IMG/VR virus record: IMGVR_UViG_3300027782_004428
Location: 1-64,000 of that record
DNA length: 64,000 bases
Direction: 5' to 3' (one strand)
Source of the DNA: a virus
The position numbers and the translations under genes were made by a program. Under the pieces are notes generated by a model, which saw only the letters and a program-made list of their open reading frames with translations, did no database searches and was not told where the DNA came from. This document shows, piece after piece, positions 19,741-29,851 of this stretch. Every line of letters begins with the position of its first letter. Position 1 is the stretch's first letter.

Positions 19741-19850
19741 GGTGTATCTCATCCAGGAATCTTGAAATACAGTTACCATGGGAACCAGGCCTACTGGAAT
19801 GGTTACAACAACACTATCCTGCTTCGGGATATTTTTTAATAGAGGATTAA
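19737..19850 (+). CDS. small hypothetical protein (37 aa, not in ORF track)
   Basis: AGGAG RBS, ATGA overlap, stop 1 nt before next ATG. Confidence 0.5.
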   Translation: MRCISSRNLEIQLPWEPGLLEWLQQHYPASGYFLIED

Positions 19851-19851
19851 C

Positions 19852-21060
19852 ATGGCCACCATTGAAGAACAACAAAAACTCATTGAAGTTTTGAAATTTA
19901 CTCCAAGAACTTACAAAGTCAGTATGTGGGGCTATGGTGGCGAAAAAGTCATGGGCACAGTAGAACGCGATGTATGGGACTACTGCATGGAGAACCAAGT
20001 TGATCTTTCTGAAATTGCCTGGAGCGATGAAGAAACTGTGCAAGATGACATGAACCTTGATGTGGACCGGTTGCCATTCCCTCCAGGCTCCTGGTATGAA
20101 TGTGATGACATGGCACATGTCAATGGCGTTAGCCGCAGTGCCGGTACGCTACAGATCGAGGACGAGAACGGTACAGTCGTATTTGAAAAGAGATTAGAAG
20201 ATATGGATGGAGGCAGTGACGATGTTCCTGAATGGTCTTGCAATGACGAAGCATGGATTGGCAGTAAGCCCGAGGGTACCGTGGTGTTTATTGGTAGCAG
20301 TAACGAAAAAGGCACATTCTTCGAAGGCAATATTGAACTTACACAACCCTTTGACATTACCAAACTAACTCTGGGTTACGATGACATTGACGGTGAGGAA
20401 CTGGTCAACAGCGTGACCTATGATGATGAAGACATTGATAACTTCGGCGGTAGCACAGACGGTAAGAGTTCAGACTTTGGAATGTATCTTGTAATGGATA
20501 ACAATACCTGGGAAACCTATGCACCCGAAGAGAAAGACTGGGGCCATCCTCCGCATGGATCAAGTCCCAGCACCTGGGAAAAGTCTAAAACATTTAAGTT
20601 CAATAAAGTCCAACCCACACTGCCTGGCTATTACAGTTGTACATGGAAGCACTTCGGCACAACATATGGCACAGCATACTGGGATGGCACACAGTTTGGC
20701 GAATGGGAATACGGCAAGTTCAATCCTATCACAGGAGAGATTGTGACTTGGTCAGGATACAACTGGGACACCGGTTCGTGGGTTAACCAACCACCAGAAC
20801 CTGTAGATATTGCGTGTGACAATAAAAAATGTGGTTGGGTAGGCAAGAGTGAGGATCGTCGCACTGACGATGACTACAACGATCACTGCCCTGAATGCGA
20901 CGGCACAGAGTTTACTTGGATTGACTATGACCCGGACTCAGCAGTTGGCCGAAAGAATCGTGCTAAGTACTGCGAAGAGTGGGATCCTGCGATTGCAATG
21001 GATCGAATCGTGGCATCAGCAGATGAAGAACCGGCCAAGTGGCCAGCAACAAGACCTTAA
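19852..21060 (+). CDS. acidic hypothetical protein with C-terminal zinc ribbon
   Basis: CDNKKC...CPEC; GAGGA RBS. Confidence 0.7.
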   Translation: MATIEEQQKLIEVLKFTPRTYKVSMWGYGGEKVMGTVERDVWDYCMENQVDLSEIAWSDEETVQDDMNLDVDRLPFPPGSWYECDDMAHVNGVSRSAGTLQIEDENGTVVFEKRLEDMDGGSDDVPEWSCNDEAWIGSKPEGTVVFIGSSNEKGTFFEGNIELTQPFDITKLTLGYDDIDGEELVNSVTYDDEDIDNFGGSTDGKSSDFGMYLVMDNNTWETYAPEEKDWGHPPHGSSPSTWEKSKTFKFNKVQPTLPGYYSCTWKHFGTTYGTAYWDGTQFGEWEYGKFNPITGEIVTWSGYNWDTGSWVNQPPEPVDIACDNKKCGWVGKSEDRRTDDDYNDHCPECDGTEFTWIDYDPDSAVGRKNRAKYCEEWDPAIAMDRIVASADEEPAKWPATRP

Positions 21061-21071
21061 AGGAGAAAACT

Positions 21072-21761
21072 ATGAATGATACACTTGTATTTAATGATGA
21101 ACAATACCGTTCAGCAGAACAAATCAACTCGGCCATGGGCCGTGTTTACGGACACATGAGCCTAGCAGTTGTTGTGTCAATGCTGATCAGTTACTGGGTA
21201 GGCACCACACCCGAGTTGCTACAGTTCTTTTTTACCGGCATAATGAAATGGATTGTGATCTTTGCACCCTTGGCAGCCATATTTGGTGTGAGCATGGTAC
21301 TGGGTAATAACCCAAGTAAACCCATGGCACAGTTATGCCTACATGGCTTTGCAGCCTTGATGGGCTTGAGTTTCTCAATGATCTTTGCTGTGTTTGCCAT
21401 GGGATCAATTGTGAGTGCCTTTATGGGTGCGGCCATCTTGTTTGGTGTAATGAGTGGATATGGCTACTTTACCAAACGCAGTCTTGACAGCATGGGCAAG
21501 TTCATGATTGTAGGTTTGATCGCCATCTGTATTGCCAGTATTGTGAACATCTTTATTGGCAGCACCGTGATGCAGATGGTGATCTCTGCACTGGCTATCA
21601 TAATCTTCCTTGGTCTCACTGCATATGACACACAACAGATCCGTGAAGAACTCAGTGTAGAAACTACTGATGCCGCAGAAGTGCGTGGTGCGTTGACCTT
21701 GTACATGGACTTTATCAACTTGTTCTTGAATTTGTTACAACTGTTTGGCGATAGAAAATAA
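21072..21761 (+). CDS. yccA: Bax inhibitor-1/YccA family membrane protein
   Basis: multiple TM helices, TAYDTQQI and ALTLYMDFINLF; AGGAG RBS. Confidence 0.9.
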   Translation: MNDTLVFNDEQYRSAEQINSAMGRVYGHMSLAVVVSMLISYWVGTTPELLQFFFTGIMKWIVIFAPLAAIFGVSMVLGNNPSKPMAQLCLHGFAALMGLSFSMIFAVFAMGSIVSAFMGAAILFGVMSGYGYFTKRSLDSMGKFMIVGLIAICIASIVNIFIGSTVMQMVISALAIIIFLGLTAYDTQQIREELSVETTDAAEVRGALTLYMDFINLFLNLLQLFGDRK

Positions 21762-21789
21762 ACATTACTGATTTTAGAACAACAATAAG

Positions 21790-21818
21790 TTGACACGCCA
21801 CCACTTTCTTTGTATAAT
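21790..21818 (+). promoter_or_regulatory. consensus sigma70 promoter
   Basis: TTGACA-17-TATAAT. Confidence 0.9.
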
Positions 21819-21824
21819 GTACAT

Positions 21825-21990
21825 GTGCATGAGCAAGGAGATTGGTGGCGATCTAATGGTATGAGCGGGGTGATCGATTCGCCCGGGCCCGACATAACCG
21901 TGGCAGGTAGATATAAGATCCACTAGGTTGAGACACTGTCCAAGATCTAGCAATAGGTCAAAACCGGCTGGTACCCGGTGTATGCTTCAG
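21825..21990 (+). ncRNA. candidate structured RNA (multi-stem; ncRNA or long 5' leader), family unknown
   Basis: 200-nt gap after strong promoter; five consecutive arms closed by 5'/3' pairing, GCAA tetraloop, T-loop-like heptaloop. Confidence 0.55.
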
Positions 21991-22018
21991 TTGGAAATCA
22001 CAGTGAAAGGAAGTTTAA

Positions 22019-22336
22019 ATGTCTGTTAAAATAGAAGCCTCTGATTCCATGCTTCCGTCCCTTGACTCTCTTAAAACAACGGCTTTGCCCATGCACAAAT
22101 TATATTTCGAATTGTCAAGTGTGGACACATGGTACACTATCATGCGAGAAGCACGAGCACAGTTTGGTAAAAACTGGCGTAGTCAAGCACATGTCAAACG
22201 ACGACTAGAACATGCCGGCCTTTGGCGACTAGGCAACCCTGCAGAACGGGTGTGGTTTGAAGTGCCTGATCCCAAGTTTGGAACCTGGATAGCAATTAAA
22301 CATGCTGTTAGACAGGTTGACCCCACCGGTAAATAA
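22019..22336 (+). CDS. hypothetical protein
   Basis: AAGGAAG RBS. Confidence 0.7.
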   Translation: MSVKIEASDSMLPSLDSLKTTALPMHKLYFELSSVDTWYTIMREARAQFGKNWRSQAHVKRRLEHAGLWRLGNPAERVWFEVPDPKFGTWIAIKHAVRQVDPTGK

Positions 22337-22342
22337 TACTCT

Positions 22343-23896
22343 ATGATATTTGGTTTCAGCATCCTGTTCACTGCAATCTTGTTGAGTGCAGTGGCCGCTT
22401 ACTACTCAGTAGCAGGCCTTACTGCCATCTTCAGTGCGGCAACTATTCCTGTGATTATCATGGGCGGTAGCCTGGAACTGGGCAAGATTGTGGCCACTGT
22501 TTGGTTGCACAACAACTGGAAACGTGCTGGATTTTTGTTCAAAGCATATCTAGTGCCAGCGGTAATGTTCTTGATGCTGTTGACCTCAATGGGTATCTTT
22601 GGATACCTTTCCAAAGCACACTCAGATCAAAGTCTAGTATCAGGCGACAGCGTTGCAAAGGTGGCAATCTATGATGAAAAGATCAAAATATCTCGTGACA
22701 ATATTGATGCCAACCGCAAAGCACTTAAACAGATGGATGAGGCAGTGGACCAAGTTATGGGCCGAAGCCAAGATGAAAAAGGTGCCGACAAAGCAGTTGC
22801 AATACGAAGAGGCCAGCAAAAAGAACGGGCTAGGATACTTGTTGACATTGAAACCGAACAGAAAAAAATTACTAGCCTTAATGAAGAGCGGGCACCACTA
22901 GCGGCCGAGTTTCGTAAGGTTGAGTCGGAAGTTGGTCCAATCAAATACATTGCGGCCTTGATCTATGGAGATAACCCTGACTCAAATGTACTAGAACGTG
23001 CGGTACGTCTTGTTATTATCATGATTGTGCTGGTGTTCGATCCACTGGCACTTACATTGATTCTGGCCGCCAACAAACAATTCCAATGGGCTAGAGAAGG
23101 CACAGGTGGCTTCATACATGACGAGCCCCGGTACGAGCCCGACGATGGTCCACTAACTCAAGACCAAATTGATCAACTTGATAAATCGGTACAAGCATTC
23201 CGAACAAAGCCGCCCGATGATCCTATACCTTGCCACAAGTGTGGCACTTCTTTAGTTGATGCACCGGGCATTGGTTTGTTCTGTCCCAACCGAGAATGTG
23301 ATGTTTTTGACAATGTCAAAGGTGAAGAACCCATTACCTTTACAACACCAATTAAGTACCAGTTCTTGGATGAACATCACGAACCTGATATTCATGTGTA
23401 TGACAATGAACGTCTGGTATCAAAGTTTGATAAAATGCAGGAAGTTGAGCCGCCAGACGAAGAACTCAACGATGATGATGCACTCAGAGCCGCTGTCAGA
23501 CAATGGAAAGCCGCCAATCCCGAAGATACGTTGAAGAATCAGCGTTTCAAATTGATCAGAGGAGAAATTTCCGAATTACCTTGGATGGGGCTATTGGCTG
23601 ATAATGAATCGAGAAAAGAAATAAACAGTGGCTTTGGCACACAGTTTCCACTACATGCTGAACGAGGAGATACCTTTGTAAGAGTTGACCGTCTACCCAG
23701 TGTGGTCTATAAGTACAATGGTAACGACTGGATGGAAGTTAACAAAAATCTAACAGACAGTTATACTTACGATATTGCTTATATTGATCACCTGATAGAA
23801 CGCATTACATCTGGCGAATATGATGTTGAACTATTGAGTGAGACTGAGCGTGAGCAAGTAACACAACGTTTACAACAACAAAATACAAACACATGA
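22343..23896 (+). CDS. conserved phage membrane protein with coiled coil and zinc ribbon
   Basis: N-terminal TM helices, coiled coil, VFDPLA TM, CHKC..CPNREC. Confidence 0.75.
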   Translation: MIFGFSILFTAILLSAVAAYYSVAGLTAIFSAATIPVIIMGGSLELGKIVATVWLHNNWKRAGFLFKAYLVPAVMFLMLLTSMGIFGYLSKAHSDQSLVSGDSVAKVAIYDEKIKISRDNIDANRKALKQMDEAVDQVMGRSQDEKGADKAVAIRRGQQKERARILVDIETEQKKITSLNEERAPLAAEFRKVESEVGPIKYIAALIYGDNPDSNVLERAVRLVIIMIVLVFDPLALTLILAANKQFQWAREGTGGFIHDEPRYEPDDGPLTQDQIDQLDKSVQAFRTKPPDDPIPCHKCGTSLVDAPGIGLFCPNRECDVFDNVKGEEPITFTTPIKYQFLDEHHEPDIHVYDNERLVSKFDKMQEVEPPDEELNDDDALRAAVRQWKAANPEDTLKNQRFKLIRGEISELPWMGLLADNESRKEINSGFGTQFPLHAERGDTFVRVDRLPSVVYKYNGNDWMEVNKNLTDSYTYDIAYIDHLIERITSGEYDVELLSETEREQVTQRLQQQNTNT

Positions 23897-25107
23897 AATC
23901 AACAGACCCAATCACAACTTGTAGTTTTTGTGCAAAACACAAAGACGCCGTGGCTAAATTAATAGTAGGAGAAGATGTTTCCATTTGCAATGAGTGTGTG
24001 GAATTATGCGAGACATTACTCAGAGATGAAAACATAATTAAACCCGTTGAGATGACTACATTGGATCCCGAAGATATTAAAAATCATCTGGATCAATATG
24101 TTATTGGACAAGATCGAGCCAAACAAGTACTGAGTGTGGCAGTGGTCAACCACTACAAACGCATTACCAATCCTAACCCTGATATAGAAATTGAAAAGTG
24201 CAACATACTCATGCTTGGCCCAACAGGATCAGGCAAAACACTACTGGCCAAGACAGTGGCACGTTATTTAGATGTGCCGTTTGTGATTGCAGATGCCACA
24301 AGTCTTACCGAAGCTGGTTATGTGGGAGACGATGTTGAGAGCTTGATCAGTCGTTTGTTTGCAGCCGCAGGCGGCGACATTGCTAAAACTCAGCGTGGCA
24401 TTGTATTCATTGACGAAATTGACAAGATCAGCCGTCGTAGTGAAAGTGCCAGTATAACTCGAGATGTGTCTGGCGAAGGTGTACAGCAGGCCTTGCTTAA
24501 ACTGGTAGAAGGTACCAAGTGCAGAGTCACTCCCACAGGCAATCGCAAGCATCCTTCAGGTGACATGATTGAGATTGACACCACCAACATCTTGTTTATC
24601 GCTGGCGGTGCATTTGTGGGACTTGATAACGTGGTCAAGAATCGTGTGCAAGGAACTAGCATTGGGTTCAGTGCCAAAATCAAAGATGACACAGAAACAC
24701 ACTTAGATCAAGTCACACCAGAAGATCTGATCAAGTTTGGTATGATTCCAGAGTTTGTGGGTCGTTTCCCCAGCTGGGTAGCACTCAATGAACTCAGCAA
24801 AGAAGATTTAATTCGTATTTTGCTAGATGTCAAGCACAGTTATATTGCACAATACTCTTGGTTGTTTGAGCAGGACAAAGTAGAACTAGAATTCTCACCT
24901 GAGGCTTTAGAAATGATCGCAGATCGCACTATTTTAAACAAAACTGGGGCCAGAGGATTGCACAGTGAATTAGAGCGTGTGCTATTGCCACACATGTTCT
25001 ATTTGGCCAGTTATCGCAAGCAAGGAATAAACCGTGTATATATTGACACAGATCAGGTAAATACTCCTACCGAACTAAAGGAAGCGAATGGAAAAGCTAA
25101 GAGGTAG
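23893..25107 (+). CDS. clpX: ATP-dependent Clp protease ATPase ClpX
   Basis: CSFC..CNEC zinc domain, [21 protein letters not shown] and IGF loops. Confidence 0.97.
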   Translation: MKSTDPITTCSFCAKHKDAVAKLIVGEDVSICNECVELCETLLRDENIIKPVEMTTLDPEDIKNHLDQYVIGQDRAKQVLSVAVVNHYKRITNPNPDIEIEKCNILMLGPTGSGKTLLAKTVARYLDVPFVIADATSLTEAGYVGDDVESLISRLFAAAGGDIAKTQRGIVFIDEIDKISRRSESASITRDVSGEGVQQALLKLVEGTKCRVTPTGNRKHPSGDMIEIDTTNILFIAGGAFVGLDNVVKNRVQGTSIGFSAKIKDDTETHLDQVTPEDLIKFGMIPEFVGRFPSWVALNELSKEDLIRILLDVKHSYIAQYSWLFEQDKVELEFSPEALEMIADRTILNKTGARGLHSELERVLLPHMFYLASYRKQGINRVYIDTDQVNTPTELKEANGKAKR

Positions 25108-25312
25108 ATCAGTACTAGTCACAGACGGCAACGTAGACAAAGCTCTACGTAAATTTAAAAAGAAAATTCAAACATCGGGCATTTTAGACGATGTGCGAGC
25201 CAAAGAATTCTACGAAAAACCCACAACCGAACGCAAACGCAAAAAGTCAGCGGCTGCAAATCGCTGGCGCAAAAAACTAGCCGAACAGGCTTTGCCAAAG
25301 AAACTTTACTAA
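25088..25312 (+). CDS. rpsU: 30S ribosomal protein bS21
   Basis: [12 protein letters not shown]....[13 protein letters not shown]. Confidence 0.92.
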   Translation: MEKLRGRSVLVTDGNVDKALRKFKKKIQTSGILDDVRAKEFYEKPTTERKRKKSAAANRWRKKLAEQALPKKLY

Positions 25313-25340
25313 GTCAATTTTTTTCTGTATAATAAATAAC

Positions 25341-25402
25341 AATGTAGTGCCCATGGTGGGGCTACATTACAAGTCATCTTGCTTATATAAAGGAGAAAAC
25401 AA
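25341..25402 (+). promoter_or_regulatory. ROSE-like RNA thermometer in hsp20 leader
   Basis: 5' hairpin AATGTAG/CTACATT, then TCTTGCTT pairing with AAGGAGA with bulged G. Confidence 0.65.
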
Positions 25403-25855
25403 ATGACAAAAACTCTCACCCTTCGCTCTTTCGATATTCCCGCGCTTCACAAATTTGGTATCGGTTTCGATAACATGTTTGATGATCTCATGCGTGTGAG
25501 TACTCAACAATCCACTTCAAACTATCCACCTTACAACATTGTGCAAATAAATGAAGATGAGTACATGATCAGTCTTGCTGTGGCTGGATTTGGACTCGAT
25601 AATCTTTCAGTTACCAAGGACAAAAAGTTCTTGATTATTGAAGGCAAAGAGTATCAACCCGATAGCGAAAACATCGTGCCAAACTATTTGCACAAAGGTA
25701 TTAGCAATAGAGATTTCCGTAGAGAATTTCAACTTGCGGACCATGTGGAAATCAGCAATGCTCACCTTGAACTTGGTATTCTAAGTGTTCACTTGCGACG
25801 TGAAGTGCCAGAAGATGCCAAGCCAAAGACTATTGCTATCACATACACTTCGTAA
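25403..25855 (+). CDS. small heat shock protein (Hsp20/IbpA-like)
   Basis: NYPPYNI, LAVAGF, YLHKGIS.R.F.R.F.LA. Confidence 0.95.
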   Translation: MTKTLTLRSFDIPALHKFGIGFDNMFDDLMRVSTQQSTSNYPPYNIVQINEDEYMISLAVAGFGLDNLSVTKDKKFLIIEGKEYQPDSENIVPNYLHKGISNRDFRREFQLADHVEISNAHLELGILSVHLRREVPEDAKPKTIAITYTS

Positions 25856-25912
25856 TATAATAGTGTAAATACAGTAGGGGCACAATGTCCCTACTGCTAA
25901 TAAGGAACTGAA

Positions 25913-26224
25913 ATGGCACAAAGCGACACAAAAACACGTATCAAACCACTAGAGGCCATCAAAGAGCCGCCTTTGTATCGTGTGGTATATCTCAATGACA
26001 ACCAAACCACATATGAATTTGTAGTCGAAACCTTGATTGAATACTTTGATTACACCGCGGAAACCGCAGAACAAATCACAATAGACATTCACGATGCAGG
26101 TTCGGCTGTGGTGGCAGTGTTGCCATACGAAATTGCCGAACAAAAAGGTGTAGAAGTAACCATGCTGGCACGAGCACAAAGTTATCCACTGCAAATCAAA
26201 CTTGAACCAGAGATTGTGGGCTAA
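25913..26224 (+). CDS. clpS: N-degron adaptor ClpS
   Basis: PPLYRVVYLNDNQTTYEFVV, IH..G.AVV, YEIAEQK, YPL. Confidence 0.92.
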   Translation: MAQSDTKTRIKPLEAIKEPPLYRVVYLNDNQTTYEFVVETLIEYFDYTAETAEQITIDIHDAGSAVVAVLPYEIAEQKGVEVTMLARAQSYPLQIKLEPEIVG

Positions 26225-27009
26225 AAGTCAACCACAATACGTTGTGGGTGGTACACATGTTTTGAATACATGGTGCCACTTCTACCGCGACAGTTGTTGA
26301 CAAACCGTATGCCTGACCGAGTTTGATCTATTGAGCCGTGATAGTGACCAAAACACCAGGTATGAATCTTGTTTTCAGTGTCAGCGGCCATGGCCTGCAT
26401 CATGAGTCTGTTGCCCATGGTATTAAATTTCATGTGACCTTCTAGATCAATATCATGTGCAATCAAGGCAGGATCAGGCACAGTATGAGTAACCATCACA
26501 ATCTTTTGCACATCTGTATGCAGTTGCAGTTTCTGTACACTAGCAATCATGTAGCTGGCATCCGTGTTGCTCATCCTTGCTATGCTTTTGGTAGCACCGG
26601 CACTCATATGATATTTTTCCTGACACCATTGATCCACTTGTTCAGGATCAATGCCAAGGTCAAAATCAAAGCCAAACCAACCGTTGGTGCCTAAAATAGC
26701 AACGCCGTCGACAATTACCACGTTATCTTGTAAATACACTACATTGGGTATGCGCCTAATGCGCCGCACAAGATCACTGTAGCTGGAACCAAGATCTTCA
26801 AGGTAACTATAATGCTCATCATTTCCGTCAATATAAAACACAGCCTGATAACATCTACCAAGATGTCTAAGAGTACGTGTGACTGTGTCGCGGTCTCGGG
26901 CAATATCTCCGGCCAAAACACACACAGGACTGGTAGCCCGATGATCCCAATCAAATTGGCCCCAGGTTTCTACGTGTAGGTCGGAAATTAAATCAAATGC
27001 AAAACTCAT
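26221..27009 (-). CDS. calcineurin-like metallophosphoesterase
   Basis: SDLH, AGD, GNDE, THTVP, FGHYH, NNCRG. Confidence 0.85.
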   Translation of the reverse strand: MSFAFDLISDLHVETWGQFDWDHRATSPVCVLAGDIARDRDTVTRTLRHLGRCYQAVFYIDGNDEHYSYLEDLGSSYSDLVRRIRRIPNVVYLQDNVVIVDGVAILGTNGWFGFDFDLGIDPEQVDQWCQEKYHMSAGATKSIARMSNTDASYMIASVQKLQLHTDVQKIVMVTHTVPDPALIAHDIDLEGHMKFNTMGNRLMMQAMAADTENKIHTWCFGHYHGSIDQTRSGIRFVNNCRGRSGTMYSKHVYHPQRIVVDF

Positions 27010-27033
27010 GATACATATTTAAAAGGAAACAAC

Positions 27034-27384
27034 ATGAACATAATATTTGGCGATGCCATTAAAGAAATCCCGGACAGTTTTACAATATTAGAACTAGACA
27101 CGTTTCGTACTCCCAATCAAGAGATTCGAACCGCGTACTGTGTGGTAGAAACCATACCACTGTCTGAATTTGCCACACTAGATGACTATAAAAAAATACA
27201 TGCAGATCTTGTGAAATTCTATCGGGAACGGCAATGGAACTATTGTGAGAATGCAATAGAAGGACTCATGGGCCGTTGGAACGGTGAGATTGACACATTC
27301 TACACCAATCTATTGAGTCGTGTGATGCATTTCAAAGAAAACCCGCCATCTGATGACTGGGATGGATTTACTGGAGTCATGTGA
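27034..27384 (+). CDS. hypothetical protein resembling the C-terminal helical domain of class III cyclases
   Basis: YRERQW....R......PPSDDWDG ending; AAGGA RBS. Confidence 0.55.
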   Translation: MNIIFGDAIKEIPDSFTILELDTFRTPNQEIRTAYCVVETIPLSEFATLDDYKKIHADLVKFYRERQWNYCENAIEGLMGRWNGEIDTFYTNLLSRVMHFKENPPSDDWDGFTGVM

Positions 27385-28612
27385 CAGAATTGGGCAAAGC
27401 AAGTAGACTTTGCATGCGTTGATTGTAGTCGGTTATAGCACTATCAAAATTCTGTTTGAATTCACCAATCAATTGGTCGTGCCATTCTGCTGAGAAAAAT
27501 CTTTGTTGATTATACTCAGCAATTGATCTTAGTGCAGCATAAACTTGTTGTTTAGCATCATGCGGCAATGTTGTAATGCGTTTCATCTCGATCAAAATGG
27601 CTTGCAGCCTTTGTGCAGGGTCGGCAATGGTGTCGTAGGTTTCATCGATTATGTTATGAAATGTTTTGAACCCGTAACCGCGAAGATATTCCAGACTGCC
27701 CTGTGTGGCTGCCAGCATAAACGGATGTCCACAAGCAATTGGTCTAAGTATTTTTTCTGTGAGCTGTAATCTATCATCATCGAACAAGGTTTCTAGCACA
27801 ACTTCTATATTGGTAGTTTGATAATCATGCGCACAGTAATCAGCACTTGAGTTACTATCACTTGTGTTGTGGAAAAAATACTGCTCAAGATCTTCTCGTT
27901 GGATTTGGAATTTTTTATTTTGAAATTGATGTTGACGATAATCAACGGAATCTTCACTGTTGAATCCCATGTTGCAATATGGATGCAGTTCATGCTGAAC
28001 CACTAGTTCAGCAAATTTTAATCTATATTCTCTAGTGCCTGACCAAGCACGGTTGTATATCAAAAAGTCTTTGTGTGGATTTCGTTTTGATAATAACAAA
28101 TCATGTTGTGCATATCTAAACCAATCTCTAGCAATCACGCCGTGACACCACCAGTATACTGACACAAAATCTATGTCTTGATACTTTTTCAAATTATTTG
28201 ATCGTTGTTCAGAATGTATTAACAAAACTGGAACTTTATAAAGTGAAAAAGCGTGAATCATCTTGAGATTTAGGTATTGTGTAATTTTTCCTGATAAGTC
28301 TTTAACCATGTTTGTAACAAAATCATCTTGATCTGGCATGAGTTGGAAATCGGGATACAACGATTCAAATACGTCTTGCGACGAATAGAGATCGAAATTC
28401 AATGGCTCTTGATCATGAATGAATATGTTTTTTCTATTTGTTACATTTTGATGTTGTTCTAGGTATGTCTTACTAAGATCATTTGATTTTCCTAGCTTGG
28501 TGATATCGGTGATTTTTCTTGAGCCATGTGGAAAAAAGCCATAAATTACTAGATCGTGATGGTTGCAAACATCATGTAAAAAGTTGTATAATCTATGTAA
28601 AGGAACACTCAT
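27377..28612 (-). CDS. putative glycosyltransferase-like phage protein
   Basis: VVLET....LTEKILRPI...PF......LR.YGFKTF...DETYD pattern. Confidence 0.55.
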   Translation of the reverse strand: MSVPLHRLYNFLHDVCNHHDLVIYGFFPHGSRKITDITKLGKSNDLSKTYLEQHQNVTNRKNIFIHDQEPLNFDLYSSQDVFESLYPDFQLMPDQDDFVTNMVKDLSGKITQYLNLKMIHAFSLYKVPVLLIHSEQRSNNLKKYQDIDFVSVYWWCHGVIARDWFRYAQHDLLLSKRNPHKDFLIYNRAWSGTREYRLKFAELVVQHELHPYCNMGFNSEDSVDYRQHQFQNKKFQIQREDLEQYFFHNTSDSNSSADYCAHDYQTTNIEVVLETLFDDDRLQLTEKILRPIACGHPFMLAATQGSLEYLRGYGFKTFHNIIDETYDTIADPAQRLQAILIEMKRITTLPHDAKQQVYAALRSIAEYNQQRFFSAEWHDQLIGEFKQNFDSAITDYNQRMQSLLALPNSVT

Positions 28613-29851
28613 ATGAAAAAAATTGGATTTATTGGTATCGGCAAACTAGGACTTGACTGCGCGGAAGTTATGGCAGAGAAGCACGAAGTCAGAGGCTACG
28701 ATATTTACCCGCGCACTAGCGACTCAGTAAAAGTTTGCGATATTGATGAATTGGTCAATGAAAGCGAATGGATTTTTATTGCTGTGCCTACCCCACATGC
28801 TGAAGGTTATGATGGGTCTGTGCCCAGCTCACATATGGAGCCCAGAGACTTTGGTCATGATGCTGTGATCAGTGCTATCAACAGTGTCAACAAGTACGCA
28901 AAATCACCAAAGAAGGTTGTGTTAATCTCTACAGTATTACCTGGCACAACACGTCGCAAGTTTTATCCACTGTTAGACAAACAACATCAGTTCTTGTACA
29001 ATCCTTATTTGATTGCCATGGGATCAGTCAAGTGGGACATGGTCAATCCTGAGATGGTCATGATTGGTACCGAAGATGGCAACCCCAATGCACTAGCCGG
29101 CGAGTTAATTGACCTGTACAAGACCATGATGGTAAATGATCCTCGCTATGAAATTGGCACCTGGGACGAATGCGAAGCTATCAAGATCTTCTACAACACA
29201 TTCATTTCTGCCAAAGTTGGCCTGGTCAACATGATTCAAGACTTTGCACTACGTATTGGTCATATCAACGTTGACGTTGTGACAGATGCTTTGGCACGCT
29301 CAACCATGCGTATCATGGGACCTAAGTACATGACAGCAGGCATGGGCGATGCAGGCGCTTGCCACCCACGTGACAACATTGCACTGCGTTGGTTGGCCAA
29401 AGAATATGACATTGGTTATGACTTGTTTGACACAGTGATGCATGCTCGTGAAATCCAAGCCAAGAACCTTGCCATGTTCCTGGTTGAACAGGCCAAACAA
29501 CACAGCATGAGCATTGTGATTCACGGCAAGGCCTACAAACCTGATGTTGAATATTGTATTGGATCATACTCTACGCTGGTAGGACACTATGTTAAACAAG
29601 CAGGACATGATGTGAGATATCTTGACCCATTGGCAGATGATCCTGCTGACGTTATTTCAGAATTGGCTGGTCCTGTGGTCATCCTGTGGGCACACAATCG
29701 CAAGATCACTTATGAGTACACCGGTGATCAACTTGACACATTGCCGTATTGCCCAATTCCACATGGTAGTGTGGTGGTTGATCCATGGCGTAAACTGCCA
29801 CAGATTGAGAACTTGACCGTGGTACATTATGGTAACACACGCAATTCTTAA
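28613..29851 (+). CDS. ugd: UDP-glucose/GDP-mannose dehydrogenase family protein
   Basis: GIGKLG Rossmann, IAVPTP, STVLPGT, E.IK...N, GACHPRD catalytic Cys. Confidence 0.88.
   Translation: MKKIGFIGIGKLGLDCAEVMAEKHEVRGYDIYPRTSDSVKVCDIDELVNESEWIFIAVPTPHAEGYDGSVPSSHMEPRDFGHDAVISAINSVNKYAKSPKKVVLISTVLPGTTRRKFYPLLDKQHQFLYNPYLIAMGSVKWDMVNPEMVMIGTEDGNPNALAGELIDLYKTMMVNDPRYEIGTWDECEAIKIFYNTFISAKVGLVNMIQDFALRIGHINVDVVTDALARSTMRIMGPKYMTAGMGDAGACHPRDNIALRWLAKEYDIGYDLFDTVMHAREIQAKNLAMFLVEQAKQHSMSIVIHGKAYKPDVEYCIGSYSTLVGHYVKQAGHDVRYLDPLADDPADVISELAGPVVILWAHNRKITYEYTGDQLDTLPYCPIPHGSVVVDPWRKLPQIENLTVVHYGNTRNS

Noticed and set aside
21860-21975. tRNA, tmRNA or RNase P identity for the structured RNA
   Set aside because: A T-arm-like hairpin and an AAAACCGGCT stretch are present, but there is no matching acceptor stem or CCA, no tag frame and no GAGGAAAGUCC motif.
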